A stretch of DNA of 64,000 bases from a virus: IMG/VR virus record IMGVR_UViG_3300006735_000001, positions 1 through 64,000 of that record; one strand, given 5' to 3'. Shown here in pieces: positions 1-10,171 of the stretch (position 1 is the stretch's first letter; each line of letters starts with the position of its first letter). The notes under the pieces are model-generated. The model was given only the letters and a program-made list of their open reading frames with translations. It was not told the DNA's origin and searched no databases. Both the position numbers and the translations under genes were made by a program.

Positions 1-2541
1 ATCCTTATCTTGTATTGATGAGGTAATATTTAAATTACTACTTGCATTGTCAAATTTAGCATACTCAGTTCCATTTACTTTTAATCTAATATCATCTCCA
101 CCTGCATCTAAAATTATATCTGAGCCACAATCTAAAATAATATCATCTGGTGCAGCAATAGTCATCAAACCACTACCACTTTCTGTAAAAGTAACAGCAT
201 TTGAACCATCTGCTGTAATTGATAGATATCCTGCATCTATAAATACTGAACCATCTACACTTAATTTTCTTGATGACATTCCAAGAGTCTCAAACTTTAA
301 TCTTGAATCACTAGTAATATTAGTATTACTAGACCAGAATGCAAGTCTATTCGTTGATCCAGTTCCATTTACACTACCAACTTGTGTGTTGTCAATTTTC
401 TGCCATGTATCTGTAGCTAAGTCAGATCTTACACACCAATCTCCTACAGCCCACTCACTTGGAGATGTACCTGATCCATTTGGTGTTGAACCACCAGCTG
501 TACTCACTATGTAATAACTACCTGGTACATGTGTTGAAGTTTGTCTTAAATCTGGTGAACCACCATTTAAACCTGAAGCATCCCATTCACTTACAAATTT
601 TAAAGCTCCTGTTGTAGCTGTATCAATAGCTGTTTGTATCTGTGCTCCAGTTGCTAAATTACTAGAAGTAGAACTTACTACACCTGTATTTGGTGTTAAT
701 GTTACAGCTGAAGTACCACTCTTAATTAATGTATTAGCATTACCAGTTGAAACACTTGTTACTGTACCTTGCGGCACACCTGCAACAGCAGCATCTACAT
801 AATCTTTTCTTGTTAAGTTAGCTGCAGAAGTAGGTGTTATACCATTTACTTGACCTGCAAAAGTTGCGTTGTTATTAGATGAATTTATTAGTAATGCTGT
901 TGAACCTTGAGCATTATTAAATATATAAAAATCTTCAGTTGATACACCTCTTAACCCTGTATACCATTTTAAACTCCCACCTGTTTTATATTCATAAGTT
1001 GCACCACTTGTATCATTAGCTCTATCAGCAATATAACCCGCACTACCCGCACTATCTAATATTATTGAAGTTCCAGTTGAAGTAATATTACCTGCAAAAG
1101 TTGCGTTACCTGATGTGTCTAAAATTAATTGGTCAGAACCTTCAGAATCTAGTGTTCCATTTTTAAATTTTAAATTAACACTATCTGTAAGTATGACCGC
1201 ATCATTAGTACCTGATTTATCAAAGAATAGAGTTGGCTGGCCTCCTCTTATTGTTATTTGACCGTTGTTAGTTGTATCCCCAACTACTAGTCCGGGTTTA
1301 TCAGTTGTAATAGCATCATCTCCTATGATAACTCTACCTGCAAAACTTGAAGCCGTGCCACTTACCTCAATACCTGTACTTGTAGTTTGGAATTTTTGTA
1401 CATTATCGTAATATAATTTTACTGTACTATCAGCTAAAAATTTAGCTATGTTTTCAGTATTTGCCGCATTATTAATTGAAACTGCATTTGAAAGAATAAC
1501 TAAATCTCCTGTCCCGTCATCTTTAATAAAACTATTACTACCATCGTGGTATATTTGTAAATCATTTCCTGCACCAAATATTGATTTAACACTGTCACCA
1601 TGTAATGTGTTACCAGTCATTGTACCACCAGCAAGTGGTAAGAATGTACCTGAACCTGCACCTCCTACAGCGGTATCAACATAAGCCTTGTTTGCTGCAT
1701 CAGTACTTGCAGATACAGTATCAACGCCTTGTATTCTACCAGTACCACTTAAAGTAATATCACCACCCGCAACAGTTAAATCACCACCTATTGTAGTAAG
1801 GTTTGAAGCGTAAGACACAGATATAGCTGTAACATCTATATTGTCATTGTATACTTCCCAGTTTTTATCTGAATCTTGTCCAACATAATAATTTCTTACA
1901 TTGTTTGTTTGAAAGTTTATATAGCTCCATCCTGTATCAGTACCTGTTTGATTAAGAGTAAGAATTCCGTCAGTTGGCCCACTTAATACTGCTGATTTAG
2001 CTGTAATAGATGAATCAAATGTTGTTGCTGTAGTTGACATTATCATCTCGTTTGAAGTACCAATTTTTATTACAAATTGATCACTTGTATCAAACAAGAT
2101 TCTTGCATAATTATTACTAACATTTTTAAGGAATATGTCAGGTGAACTTCCGCTATTTGCGTCCAGTGTTAAATCACCAGTTAATGTTCCTCCAGCTAGT
2201 GGTAAGAAAGGACCTACCTGGCTTGCACCTGCGGCTGTAATATTACCTGAAGCATCTGACTTAAGGTAACCTGCGCCGTAAGTATTAAATTTAATAGCTC
2301 CAGCATCTGTAATTGTCAATAAATCAGTTCCAGTAAAACTTACTCCACTTGTTATTCTAAATGAGCTGTGATTAAAAGTTAATACTCCTTCTGTATTTCC
2401 TGACCATAAACCTGTATAAGTTTCGTTTGTCTCATCATGTATAAATATGTAAGGATTTGATGTACCATCAATACTAAGTTTATCATCTAATCTTACTTCT
2501 CCTGTTACATTAAGACCATCTAAAAATTTTATATTTGCCAT
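1..2541 (-). CDS. Tail fibre/spike protein, partial (runs off the left edge; not in the ORF track)
   Basis: ATG at 2541 (MANIKFLDGLNVTGEVRLDDK...). The frame appears open to position 1. Gly/Thr/Ser-rich, with repeated FLPLAGGT(L/M)TG, DAANKAYVD and FGAGNDLQIYHDG fibre modules. Confidence 0.85.
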   Translation of the reverse strand, partial: MANIKFLDGLNVTGEVRLDDKLSIDGTSNPYIFIHDETNETYTGLWSGNTEGVLTFNHSSFRITSGVSFTGTDLLTITDAGAIKFNTYGAGYLKSDASGNITAAGASQVGPFLPLAGGTLTGDLTLDANSGSSPDIFLKNVSNNYARILFDTSDQFVIKIGTSNEMIMSTTATTFDSSITAKSAVLSGPTDGILTLNQTGTDTGWSYINFQTNNVRNYYVGQDSDKNWEVYNDNIDVTAISVSYASNLTTIGGDLTVAGGDITLSGTGRIQGVDTVSASTDAANKAYVDTAVGGAGSGTFLPLAGGTMTGNTLHGDSVKSIFGAGNDLQIYHDGSNSFIKDDGTGDLVILSNAVSINNAANTENIAKFLADSTVKLYYDNVQKFQTTSTGIEVSGTASSFAGRVIIGDDAITTDKPGLVVGDTTNNGQITIRGGQPTLFFDKSGTNDAVILTDSVNLKFKNGTLDSEGSDQLILDTSGNATFAGNITSTGTSIILDSAGSAGYIADRANDTSGATYEYKTGGSLKWYTGLRGVSTEDFYIFNNAQGSTALLINSSNNNATFAGQVNGITPTSAANLTRKDYVDAAVAGVPQGTVTSVSTGNANTLIKSGTSAVTLTPNTGVVSSTSSNLATGAQIQTAIDTATTGALKFVSEWDASGLNGGSPDLRQTSTHVPGSYYIVSTAGGSTPNGSGTSPSEWAVGDWCVRSDLATDTWQKIDNTQVGSVNGTGSTNRLAFWSSNTNITSDSRLKFETLGMSSRKLSVDGSVFIDAGYLSITADGSNAVTFTESGSGLMTIAAPDDIILDCGSDIILDAGGDDIRLKVNGTEYAKFDNASSNLNITSSIQDKD

Positions 2542-2559
2542 TTATCCTAGGTTTAATTT

Positions 2560-2567
2560 CAAAAATA
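2560..2567 (-). promoter_or_regulatory. Bacteroidetes-type -7 promoter element (TATTTTTG)
   Basis: Matches TAnnTTTG, about 20 nt upstream of the 2541 start codon. Confidence 0.5.
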
Positions 2568-2606
2568 CAAAAAATAAGTTTATTGTTTAAACTATCTTTT
2601 TTATAT

Positions 2607-5003
2607 TTATGCTAATGCTGTAACTAATACTCTCAAGCTATCTACTGATTGAGCAGCTGAACAATTAATAGTAACAGTATCAACATCTGTTCTAACAATA
2701 TCCGGATAAACATTTGCTCCCGTACTTTTATCAAATACTTGGACTAAAACATCTAAGGTATCTAAACTATGCGTAACAGTCCATGATGATACACTTGTAG
2801 CTGGATAATCACCTGCAAAACTTGTTACAGCTGGTAATTGTTTAGCTAAATTTTCAACAGTTACTCTTTTGTTAGTTGATGCTGATGTATCATATATAAG
2901 TAATGAATCACCTGATGCTGGTGAAGTATCTTGTGTTCTACCAATAATATCTAAACCAACTACAGCAGCTTGACCTTCGCCTGTTGCTCCTGATACATCT
3001 ATACCTAATCTATTATTACTTGAAGATTCTGCTACAGTAGCCGTATAGTTACCTGTTGTTTCTGTACCTAATATTACATTTGATACTTGTACCCAACCGT
3101 TTGCTGATACTGTAAAGTTTGCACTATCAAAACCAGCAACACCTTTTTGTGTATTACCATCTGTAGATCCTGCTCCTGCTATATTCTGATCTGCTATTAC
3201 AATTGTATAATCTGCTTTAGCAGGACTTGAACTGCCTGCAATATCATCATCTGCAAATATAAAATCACCTGGCTCCAGTTGTGTGCTAAAGAATGCATTA
3301 CCTGAAGTACTTACCACATAGAAATCACCTTTATTCATTGCAGTATTACTACCACCACTTAACGCTGGTGTGTTATTACTTGCATTATATCCTCCTTGGA
3401 ATGTACCTACACTTGATGATTCAGATATAACAAAAGCTTTAGAAGCTGCATCAGTTGAAGCACTTGGTGTTGTTGGAACTGTTACTTGACCCGCAAAACT
3501 TGATTGGCCTGTACCTGTTACTTTTAATACTCCAGACATATTTACTGCCTCTGCACCATTTGTAGAATCTATTTCTAAAATACCTGATTTACCTGAAGCA
3601 TCAAATGATAATGCAGAAGCATTGTTATCTATAATATCTATATCGGTTGCTGCAGCTGTTAAGTCAATATCACCTCCTTTAACAGTTAAATCACCTTTAA
3701 CTCTTACATCAAATGGTAACCCAATAGTAATAGTACCATTATTTCCTACAGATTCAGTAATTGCTATTTCACTTGTAGTACCTGCAATAGTAAGAGTACT
3801 ATCAGTACCTGAACTTGCATCAAGTGTTACTACTGCTGAATTTGCACCACCAGCTGAAACTGGTAATGTGTATGTTACTACACTAGAAGAAGTAATAAAT
3901 CCTGCATCATTATTAAATATACTTAACCCTATCTCTCCTGCTGCTTTTCTCTTCCCTTGATCTTTTCCTGTCTCAGAAACATCTAATACAAAGAATTCAT
4001 CACCTGTTAACATTGTTTGAGTCATATCAACTAACTCACTTGCATCAACATTTAATGTTATATTTGCTGCTGCTGTTGGGTTTGCAACTGAACTGTCTAT
4101 TAAATAACCATCTGTTACTGCAACTGAAGTTACTGTACCACCTGAAGTTGGTAATTGTGATATATTAATATATTTGTTATTACCGCTATCAGAAGTATCT
4201 GATATTAAAATTTTATCTCCTGTTGCTGCTGATCCTATACTTGTACCATCTGCAGCTGCTAAAATAATACTATCAGATCCCAAATAATCAACATTTACTG
4301 CACCTGATGTAATAGTTATACCATCACCTCCACCTACTGTTAAAGTTTGAACATGCGCTCCTGCTGTAGTATTTACTGATGTACCACTTAAACCATTACC
4401 TGCTGTAATATTAACCTGTGTTATATCTCCTTGCTGACCTGCTGACATTAAATCAGATACCGTAATATATTTATTACCAGGTGTAGAACCATCAAAAATT
4501 AATAGTCTATCACTAGTATCTGGTGTACCTGAAAGTTGTGTTTGACCTTGTATATCAAGACCTACTACTGGAATTGGTCCAGTACCAGATGCTACACTAA
4601 TACCTTTTAAAACTGCTGAAGTAGCTGCTTGTACTGCTGTAATATCACCATCAGTACCATCAATGGTAAAACCAGTGGCACTTGTTCTAGTTACAGATAC
4701 ACCACCACTTCCTGTCAATGTTATTGCATCAACAGAAGAATCAGAACCTGTTAAGGTAAGTTTTGGATTAGTATTAGACCCACTATTTTGTTCAACAGTT
4801 AAATCATATTTAGTATCAGCATCTGCTGTACTAATATTAACCCAACCAGTGTTATCTCTGAGCCTTAATTTATTTGTAGATGTATCATAGTATAGTTGAC
4901 CTACACCATATACGGTAGGTGCTGTACCTACAGGTTGTACAAGAAAGTTTTGAATCTGACTTCCTTGGAGACTTATTGAGTTTAAAAATTTTATTGCTGC
5001 CAT
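2607..5003 (-). CDS. Tail fibre protein
   Basis: 798 aa, G/S/T/A-rich. Four D-x-(L/I/F)-(L/F)-x-x-D...K knob repeats, a DAASKAFV motif and a C-terminal THSL beta-domain. Confidence 0.8.
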   Translation of the reverse strand: MAAIKFLNSISLQGSQIQNFLVQPVGTAPTVYGVGQLYYDTSTNKLRLRDNTGWVNISTADADTKYDLTVEQNSGSNTNPKLTLTGSDSSVDAITLTGSGGVSVTRTSATGFTIDGTDGDITAVQAATSAVLKGISVASGTGPIPVVGLDIQGQTQLSGTPDTSDRLLIFDGSTPGNKYITVSDLMSAGQQGDITQVNITAGNGLSGTSVNTTAGAHVQTLTVGGGDGITITSGAVNVDYLGSDSIILAAADGTSIGSAATGDKILISDTSDSGNNKYINISQLPTSGGTVTSVAVTDGYLIDSSVANPTAAANITLNVDASELVDMTQTMLTGDEFFVLDVSETGKDQGKRKAAGEIGLSIFNNDAGFITSSSVVTYTLPVSAGGANSAVVTLDASSGTDSTLTIAGTTSEIAITESVGNNGTITIGLPFDVRVKGDLTVKGGDIDLTAAATDIDIIDNNASALSFDASGKSGILEIDSTNGAEAVNMSGVLKVTGTGQSSFAGQVTVPTTPSASTDAASKAFVISESSSVGTFQGGYNASNNTPALSGGSNTAMNKGDFYVVSTSGNAFFSTQLEPGDFIFADDDIAGSSSPAKADYTIVIADQNIAGAGSTDGNTQKGVAGFDSANFTVSANGWVQVSNVILGTETTGNYTATVAESSSNNRLGIDVSGATGEGQAAVVGLDIIGRTQDTSPASGDSLLIYDTSASTNKRVTVENLAKQLPAVTSFAGDYPATSVSSWTVTHSLDTLDVLVQVFDKSTGANVYPDIVRTDVDTVTINCSAAQSVDSLRVLVTALA

Positions 5004-5023
5004 TTTATTTTATTTTATTTTAT

Positions 5024-5569
5024 TTAATTTAAGTATGCACACCCTGAAAATGCAGATGCAAATGTTATTTTTAATATATTTGAGTTAACATAGTCAACGT
5101 CACCTATTACTGTACTATTTCCACTATCTACAACTGTTACAGATGGAAACTTACCTAAATTGTGAGTAATAGTCCATACTGATAATGGTGCATCCTGACA
5201 TGAAACAAATGTACCTGTATCAGCTATAATTTCTTCTAAGTCTAATATAGTACATACACTACTTGGTGTATCTGGACAAGACATACTAGCTTTAATATTT
5301 ACTTTTGCTAGTGGTTCTACAAATGTCCCTGCTGTTCCTGTTGCAACAACAACTTTATTTGATGCTGCATTTTGCCAATCACATATTTCTTTATTTAATA
5401 CAGCATTAACATAATCATTGTAACAGCATGATGCTATACCAAACTTAATTGACTTAAAGTTAGCATATGCTTGAGTTGCAAAATTACGTTCAGTCTTAAT
5501 CCTTTTTAATAAAGCTAATTCTTTAACTTGATCAGAATTACTTGCTACTCTTACCGTTGATGATGCCAT
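5024..5569 (-). CDS. Structural protein (fibre/tail-hub associated)
   Basis: 181 aa, 7 Cys. The C-terminal WTITHNLGKFPSVTVVD domain resembles the C-terminus of the adjacent fibre. Confidence 0.6.
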   Translation of the reverse strand: MASSTVRVASNSDQVKELALLKRIKTERNFATQAYANFKSIKFGIASCCYNDYVNAVLNKEICDWQNAASNKVVVATGTAGTFVEPLAKVNIKASMSCPDTPSSVCTILDLEEIIADTGTFVSCQDAPLSVWTITHNLGKFPSVTVVDSGNSTVIGDVDYVNSNILKITFASAFSGCAYLN

Positions 5570-5570
5570 A

Positions 5571-5750
5571 TTATTTATCTCTTAAATCTTGTATCTGCTG
5601 TCTGGCTAATTCTAAGGATAGATCTCTAGATGTATCAACTTTAGCTAAAGCAATTGCTTTACATTGTTTACATACTATTACACCATTCCCTAAACTAGCT
5701 TTTTGGCATCCACAAGTAAATACTTTATTACAGTGTGCACAATTTGCCAT
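5571..5750 (-). CDS. Small Cys-rich (metal-binding-like) protein, not in the ORF track
   Basis: MANCAHCNKVFTCGCQKASLGNGVIVCKQCKAIALAKVDTSRDLSLELARQQIQDLRDK*, 59 aa. It fills the gap between co-oriented genes. Confidence 0.75.
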   Translation of the reverse strand: MANCAHCNKVFTCGCQKASLGNGVIVCKQCKAIALAKVDTSRDLSLELARQQIQDLRDK

Positions 5751-5762
5751 TTCTTTTGGTTT

Positions 5763-6338
5763 TTAATATAAATATTTTGAATTTGAACCACAATTTCCTG
5801 AAGGACATGATATCTTATTCAATCTTTCTTTTGCATAATTATAAAGCTGCATACCCTGTGCTGATGATTGACAATACTCTACATTTGCTACAGCTGCATC
5901 AATCATAGTTCTAATATAATTCATCTCTGCTAATAGCTGTGCCTTATCAGAAGCAGGTTGACAATCCTGTACATCTAAATCACATAATACTTCATAATAA
6001 GTAGTTAGTAATTTAGTTACTCTCAAATGATTATATTCTACATATACTTTAGAGTTAGGAGATACACTATATTTAATAATATATATTCCATCAGGTATAT
6101 TTGCTTGTTTAGTACCACAATCAGTTGTTTGTAATGCTAATGTGCATGCAGTTAGACACATATCAAAAGATTTATCTACTTTGACTAATACAGGAACACT
6201 ATAACCAGGTAATGTAATTAATAACTCTTCACAATCTACTGCCAGGTCTTTAGAGTATTGACTTGTATCTTTAATACATAATAAATCACAATTTGATACC
6301 GTTGGTATTTCTAAACTTAATATATGTCTGCTTGCCAT
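5763..6338 (-). CDS. Cys-rich structural protein (possible tail hub/collar)
   Basis: 191 aa, 11 Cys. Contains IPDGIYIIKYSV. Lies between the auxiliary capsid gene and the fibre genes. Confidence 0.55.
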   Translation of the reverse strand: MASRHILSLEIPTVSNCDLLCIKDTSQYSKDLAVDCEELLITLPGYSVPVLVKVDKSFDMCLTACTLALQTTDCGTKQANIPDGIYIIKYSVSPNSKVYVEYNHLRVTKLLTTYYEVLCDLDVQDCQPASDKAQLLAEMNYIRTMIDAAVANVEYCQSSAQGMQLYNYAKERLNKISCPSGNCGSNSKYLY

Positions 6339-6354
6339 TTTATCTTACTTTAAT

Positions 6355-6377
6355 ACACTATATAAATAATATACAAA
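6355..6377 (-). promoter_or_regulatory. Putative phage late promoter, consensus TTTGTATATT-N5-TATAG
   Basis: The 23-mer is identical to 56342-56364. Related copies at 8288, 13526, 24789 and 62181 all lie upstream of minus-strand genes. Confidence 0.7.
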
Positions 6378-6393
6378 AAAAACAAGAATATAT

Positions 6394-6429
6394 AAAATAA
6401 AAAGAGCAGGAGTTTTGGACCCCTGCTCT
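6394..6429 (-). terminator. Rho-independent terminator
   Basis: AGAGCAGG...CCTGCTCT stem followed by a T-run on the minus strand, downstream of 6454..8202. Confidence 0.75.
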
Positions 6430-6453
6430 AATTAAATTAAGATATATTATATA

Positions 6454-8202
6454 CTACCAGTATACATTTGATTCAATTGGCAAATCATTACCAGCTGCTT
6501 TAGCCCATGCCTGTATAGCTTCTAGTAAATCTTCAACGGCACCTTGACTTGCTGCGTCATCACATTTAACATAGATTTTATATTGGTATTGGTCATTATC
6601 AAATACTCCTGTAGGATTATTAAATCTTGGTACTGAATGCTGTACATAGTAAGCTCTATAAGTAGCCGTTCTGTCTACAGCAGCTAATAACTCATCAGAC
6701 ATTTCAATCTCTCTGATTCTAGCACTACTAGCATTACCTTGATTGTAAGGACTTTGTCTGTATCTTTCAGACATAATTAGTTCTCTAATTACTTCCTCAC
6801 CTTGTGTTTGTTGCATAGAACCTGGAGTTCTTGTAGCAACACCACAATCATTACATGGTTGACCAGTTTCGTCTAATTGAGAAACAATAATTTCAACTGG
6901 CTCAGCATTAAAGTGATCTCTTGTATCAAAAGAACAATTACCAAACACAGTATCAACATATGCTCCTACAAAACTAACTTTAGCTGATCTTTTTTCAACA
7001 CCATTTGGATCAGTTGATGGAACATAATTTCCAGCTCCTGCTTTTCCTAATGCTTGTGCAATTGAATAATATTCAGTTGTTACTTGTCCAGCAGCACTTG
7101 TAATAGTTACTTCTACTGATCCAGCAGAAACACTTGCCACTGTTAATACAGCATCAGAGTTACCACCTATTACAGTAGCAGTATCACCAACTGCAAAACC
7201 TGAACCTTCATTAAGAACCGTAACTGATTTAATTGCTCCGGTAGCAGCAATACTTGCAACAGTAAATTTAGCGTTTCCTCCACCACCTGTCACAGTAATT
7301 ACTTCACCAACTACATATCCTGCTCCACCAGAGTTACCAATAGCAACAGCTGTTACAGCACCAGAACCTGTAGTATTTACAGTTAATCCAGTACCTGCTC
7401 CAGCAGATGTAGTAGCAACATTGTTTGCAGCACTATAACCTGATCCTCCTGCTGTAATTGCACCTAAGCTAGCTGCAGCAGCAGTAATAGAATCAACTTT
7501 AACAGTAAGATCTTTTCCTAAACTTGGACTTACTGCAGTAACTGCTAATGCAGTAGATGCTACAGCATATCCTGTTCCAACACCTGCAGCAGCAATAGCA
7601 CCAAATGTTTTAACTCCGTCAGGATCTCCTTCTGCTACAAAAGGCTTAATTAATGGATCACTAAGAGCCATCTCAGCCATAGTAGCAATTACTAAAGTTG
7701 GATCAATGTATTCTTGTCCATCTACACAACATATGTTTGCTGAGTCAGCAATTGCATATGCATTGTGATTTAAAAATCTAAGTGCAGGTGAACCCTTCAC
7801 ATCAATTCTCATAAATTGAGTTTTACCACATGGCGCACAATCAGAAGCTAATGATAAGCTAGCTGTTGCTTGAGATGCAGTTAAACAATTTGCTTTCCAA
7901 AGTTTGTTAACATACCTAGGGTTAATTCCTTTGGATTTTACTGATTCTTTGTAACCCCCATGTCCTGGGTTGTTACCAATTGTATCTTTAGAATAAAAAG
8001 AACCTTGTACAATGTACGCTAGTTCTCCAGCTGTAAGCTGAGGTGGTACCCCTGCTCCACCTGGAGTAGCTACTGATTTCCAGTCACTACCACCTACTAA
8101 AGCTAATTGTCCTGCTGTTAAAGCAGATGAAGCTGTACCGGCTATGTTTTGAACAGAAGATACAACAAACGTTTTATTAAACGCATGATTAAAATAAGCC
8201 AT
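6454..8202 (-). CDS. Virion structural protein (likely auxiliary capsid protein) with an inserted Gly/Ala-rich domain
   Basis: 582 aa, has its own promoter and terminator, and sits after the ring gene in the crAss-like head module. The central insert carries GSGY/GAGY repeats. Confidence 0.6.
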   Translation of the reverse strand: MAYFNHAFNKTFVVSSVQNIAGTASSALTAGQLALVGGSDWKSVATPGGAGVPPQLTAGELAYIVQGSFYSKDTIGNNPGHGGYKESVKSKGINPRYVNKLWKANCLTASQATASLSLASDCAPCGKTQFMRIDVKGSPALRFLNHNAYAIADSANICCVDGQEYIDPTLVIATMAEMALSDPLIKPFVAEGDPDGVKTFGAIAAAGVGTGYAVASTALAVTAVSPSLGKDLTVKVDSITAAAASLGAITAGGSGYSAANNVATTSAGAGTGLTVNTTGSGAVTAVAIGNSGGAGYVVGEVITVTGGGGNAKFTVASIAATGAIKSVTVLNEGSGFAVGDTATVIGGNSDAVLTVASVSAGSVEVTITSAAGQVTTEYYSIAQALGKAGAGNYVPSTDPNGVEKRSAKVSFVGAYVDTVFGNCSFDTRDHFNAEPVEIIVSQLDETGQPCNDCGVATRTPGSMQQTQGEEVIRELIMSERYRQSPYNQGNASSARIREIEMSDELLAAVDRTATYRAYYVQHSVPRFNNPTGVFDNDQYQYKIYVKCDDAASQGAVEDLLEAIQAWAKAAGNDLPIESNVYW

Positions 8203-8287
8203 AATTTATTAATTTGTGAGAGGACCATTACCCTCTCTGGTTATAAAAAAAGATTTAAACAGTTTACTCTGGCGTAACAGTTTGTTA

Positions 8288-8307
8288 CTATAATAATAAT
8301 ATACAAA
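8288..8307 (-). promoter_or_regulatory. Putative late promoter
   Basis: TTTGTATATTATTATTATAG on the minus strand. Confidence 0.65.
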
Positions 8308-8328
8308 AATTTTTTATTATATTATATA

Positions 8329-9033
8329 TTAATTATTTCTTTCTCCTGCTTGTAAACCACGTTGTTGTTGATATATATTTTCTATATCACCAGCTATCAA
8401 TGCAGCAGTATCATCAAGCATAACTTCTACTAAGTCATCCTTAAATTCACAATTTACATTTGCAGTACTTTCTATTCCAGTATATGGATTAACACATCCG
8501 GGTACTTGAATAAGTATAGGTTTTCTATAATAAGTTAATATTGGATTTACAAGAGTAAAACTTGTATCTCTATATATTCTTATTGTATTATTTAACATTG
8601 TACAAAATGTTTCACCCCAATCAAAACTAGGATTCTTTAATGGATCTCTTAAAATTAAAGGAGCATTAGCTTCTTCTGCTAAATATACTGTCATAGACCT
8701 AGGTTCACAACAATCATCTTTAGCTTGAACACTTACTCTTTTAAATTCTAGATATGTTTCTATAGGAAAATTATTTGTTTCAAAATATGTATCAGTAGTT
8801 GTACCTGTTAAATTATACTCAATTAACAAAGGTTGTAAATCATCTATTCTTCTTTTAGATAGTTCATCACCCTCCTTATACATATTACCACCGTGTAAAT
8901 TTCTTCTACACCATTCTATTTGTGCTTTATTAAAGGCTTCAATAAATTGCCAGCATTGAATATTGTCATAATCATTACTATCTAACTTATTTAAACGTTG
9001 TTTAAGTTTAATAAAAAGGGTACTATTTTCCAT
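8329..9033 (-). CDS. Putative head-tail ring/adaptor protein
   Basis: 234 aa. KLDSNDY..FNKAQ and LTYYRKP motifs and gene position resemble crAss-like ring proteins. Confidence 0.6.
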   Translation of the reverse strand: MENSTLFIKLKQRLNKLDSNDYDNIQCWQFIEAFNKAQIEWCRRNLHGGNMYKEGDELSKRRIDDLQPLLIEYNLTGTTTDTYFETNNFPIETYLEFKRVSVQAKDDCCEPRSMTVYLAEEANAPLILRDPLKNPSFDWGETFCTMLNNTIRIYRDTSFTLVNPILTYYRKPILIQVPGCVNPYTGIESTANVNCEFKDDLVEVMLDDTAALIAGDIENIYQQQRGLQAGERNN

Positions 9034-9036
9034 TTT

Positions 9037-10056
9037 TTATGCGTTCCAATATGGTTCAACTTTGTCTAATAAAGATAACACTGTTTCTTCATTCTCAGGT
9101 TTCTTTAAAAACTCTAAACATTCTGCTGGTCTTTTACCTAATCTAACTCCACTATCTAATGGTTCAATCCAACCATTTGCTTTTGTAGTTAAAAACCTAT
9201 AATAAAGACCATCTTTAACTAATGCTCTTAGTTTTAATTCTTCCATATCTAAATTTACTACATCTAAAAAGTTCTGAGCCGCTCTTTTTTTGTTTGACTC
9301 ACCACCATTACCATTTATATAGTCATCCATATTTTCATACATAACATCATTAGGTGTTGATTTAGTATATTGTGCACTATCTATATCACATACTTTAGAT
9401 ACATATAATAACTTACTTATATTTGTATCATATAAATCTGTTAACTTTGATATAGCTCTATTCCTTAATTTAGTATATTCTGTTCTAGTTGTTAGAGTTT
9501 CCTGAACAGTATCTAAATAAAATTTTGGTTCTTTTTGTGCTTTCTTAGCATCTTTTAATGATTTAGCAACTATAGAAAAACCACCAGCTTTTATTGCATA
9601 TAATTTAATTTTATCATATGGATCAACTTCTGGATCAAGAAATACAGGATCGTTTCCACATCTTAGATCTATTCTATCCCAGAACTTAGAATTATCTGGC
9701 TTCATTACTGTAAGCTTATTCCAAAAATCTTTATCTTCTGGATCTACTACATTAGCAGCTAGTTCAGCTTCTAATTCAGAAACTACTTTTCTAATTTCTG
9801 CTATTTTTGCTTTCTTTTCTTTAGAGGGTAACATTTTTACTTCAGGAGCAAACTCATTAAGTCCTGTTACATATCTTTTTACCCCATTTAATTCTAAACA
9901 TGCTAAACTTTCATGATGTATTACTCCATCATGTAAAGCTAATCCATATTGTTCTAAGCCCATATTCTCTTTTTGAGCATTGAAGTAAGGTCTTATAGCT
10001 AGTGAGCTACTTTTTTTTGCATGTTGATACTTCTCAACAATAGTGTAATCTTCCAT
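9037..10056 (-). CDS. Conserved crAss-like head-module protein (downstream of MCP)
   Basis: 339 aa. Called mainly from synteny; contains a DFWNKL..FW...DPYD motif. Confidence 0.5.
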   Translation of the reverse strand: MEDYTIVEKYQHAKKSSSLAIRPYFNAQKENMGLEQYGLALHDGVIHHESLACLELNGVKRYVTGLNEFAPEVKMLPSKEKKAKIAEIRKVVSELEAELAANVVDPEDKDFWNKLTVMKPDNSKFWDRIDLRCGNDPVFLDPEVDPYDKIKLYAIKAGGFSIVAKSLKDAKKAQKEPKFYLDTVQETLTTRTEYTKLRNRAISKLTDLYDTNISKLLYVSKVCDIDSAQYTKSTPNDVMYENMDDYINGNGGESNKKRAAQNFLDVVNLDMEELKLRALVKDGLYYRFLTTKANGWIEPLDSGVRLGKRPAECLEFLKKPENEETVLSLLDKVEPYWNA

Positions 10057-10096
10057 ATCTTATTGGTTTTAATAATTAATAAATGTTATACATAGT

Positions 10097-10104
10097 CAAA
10101 AGTA
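10097..10104 (-). promoter_or_regulatory. Bacteroidetes-type -7 element (TACTTTTG)
   Basis: TAnnTTTG about 40 nt upstream of the 10056 start, just after an AGCAAGG/CCTTGCT hairpin. Confidence 0.5.
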
Positions 10105-10171
10105 CAATTATTTGTACAGTTATTATTAAATATTTCTAAAGCAAGGATTAAACCTTGCTATAGTTATTTGA

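Noticed and set aside
1-5003. Diversity-generating retroelement acting on the fibre genes
   Set aside because: No reverse transcriptase and no nucleotide-level template/variable repeat pair seen in the window.
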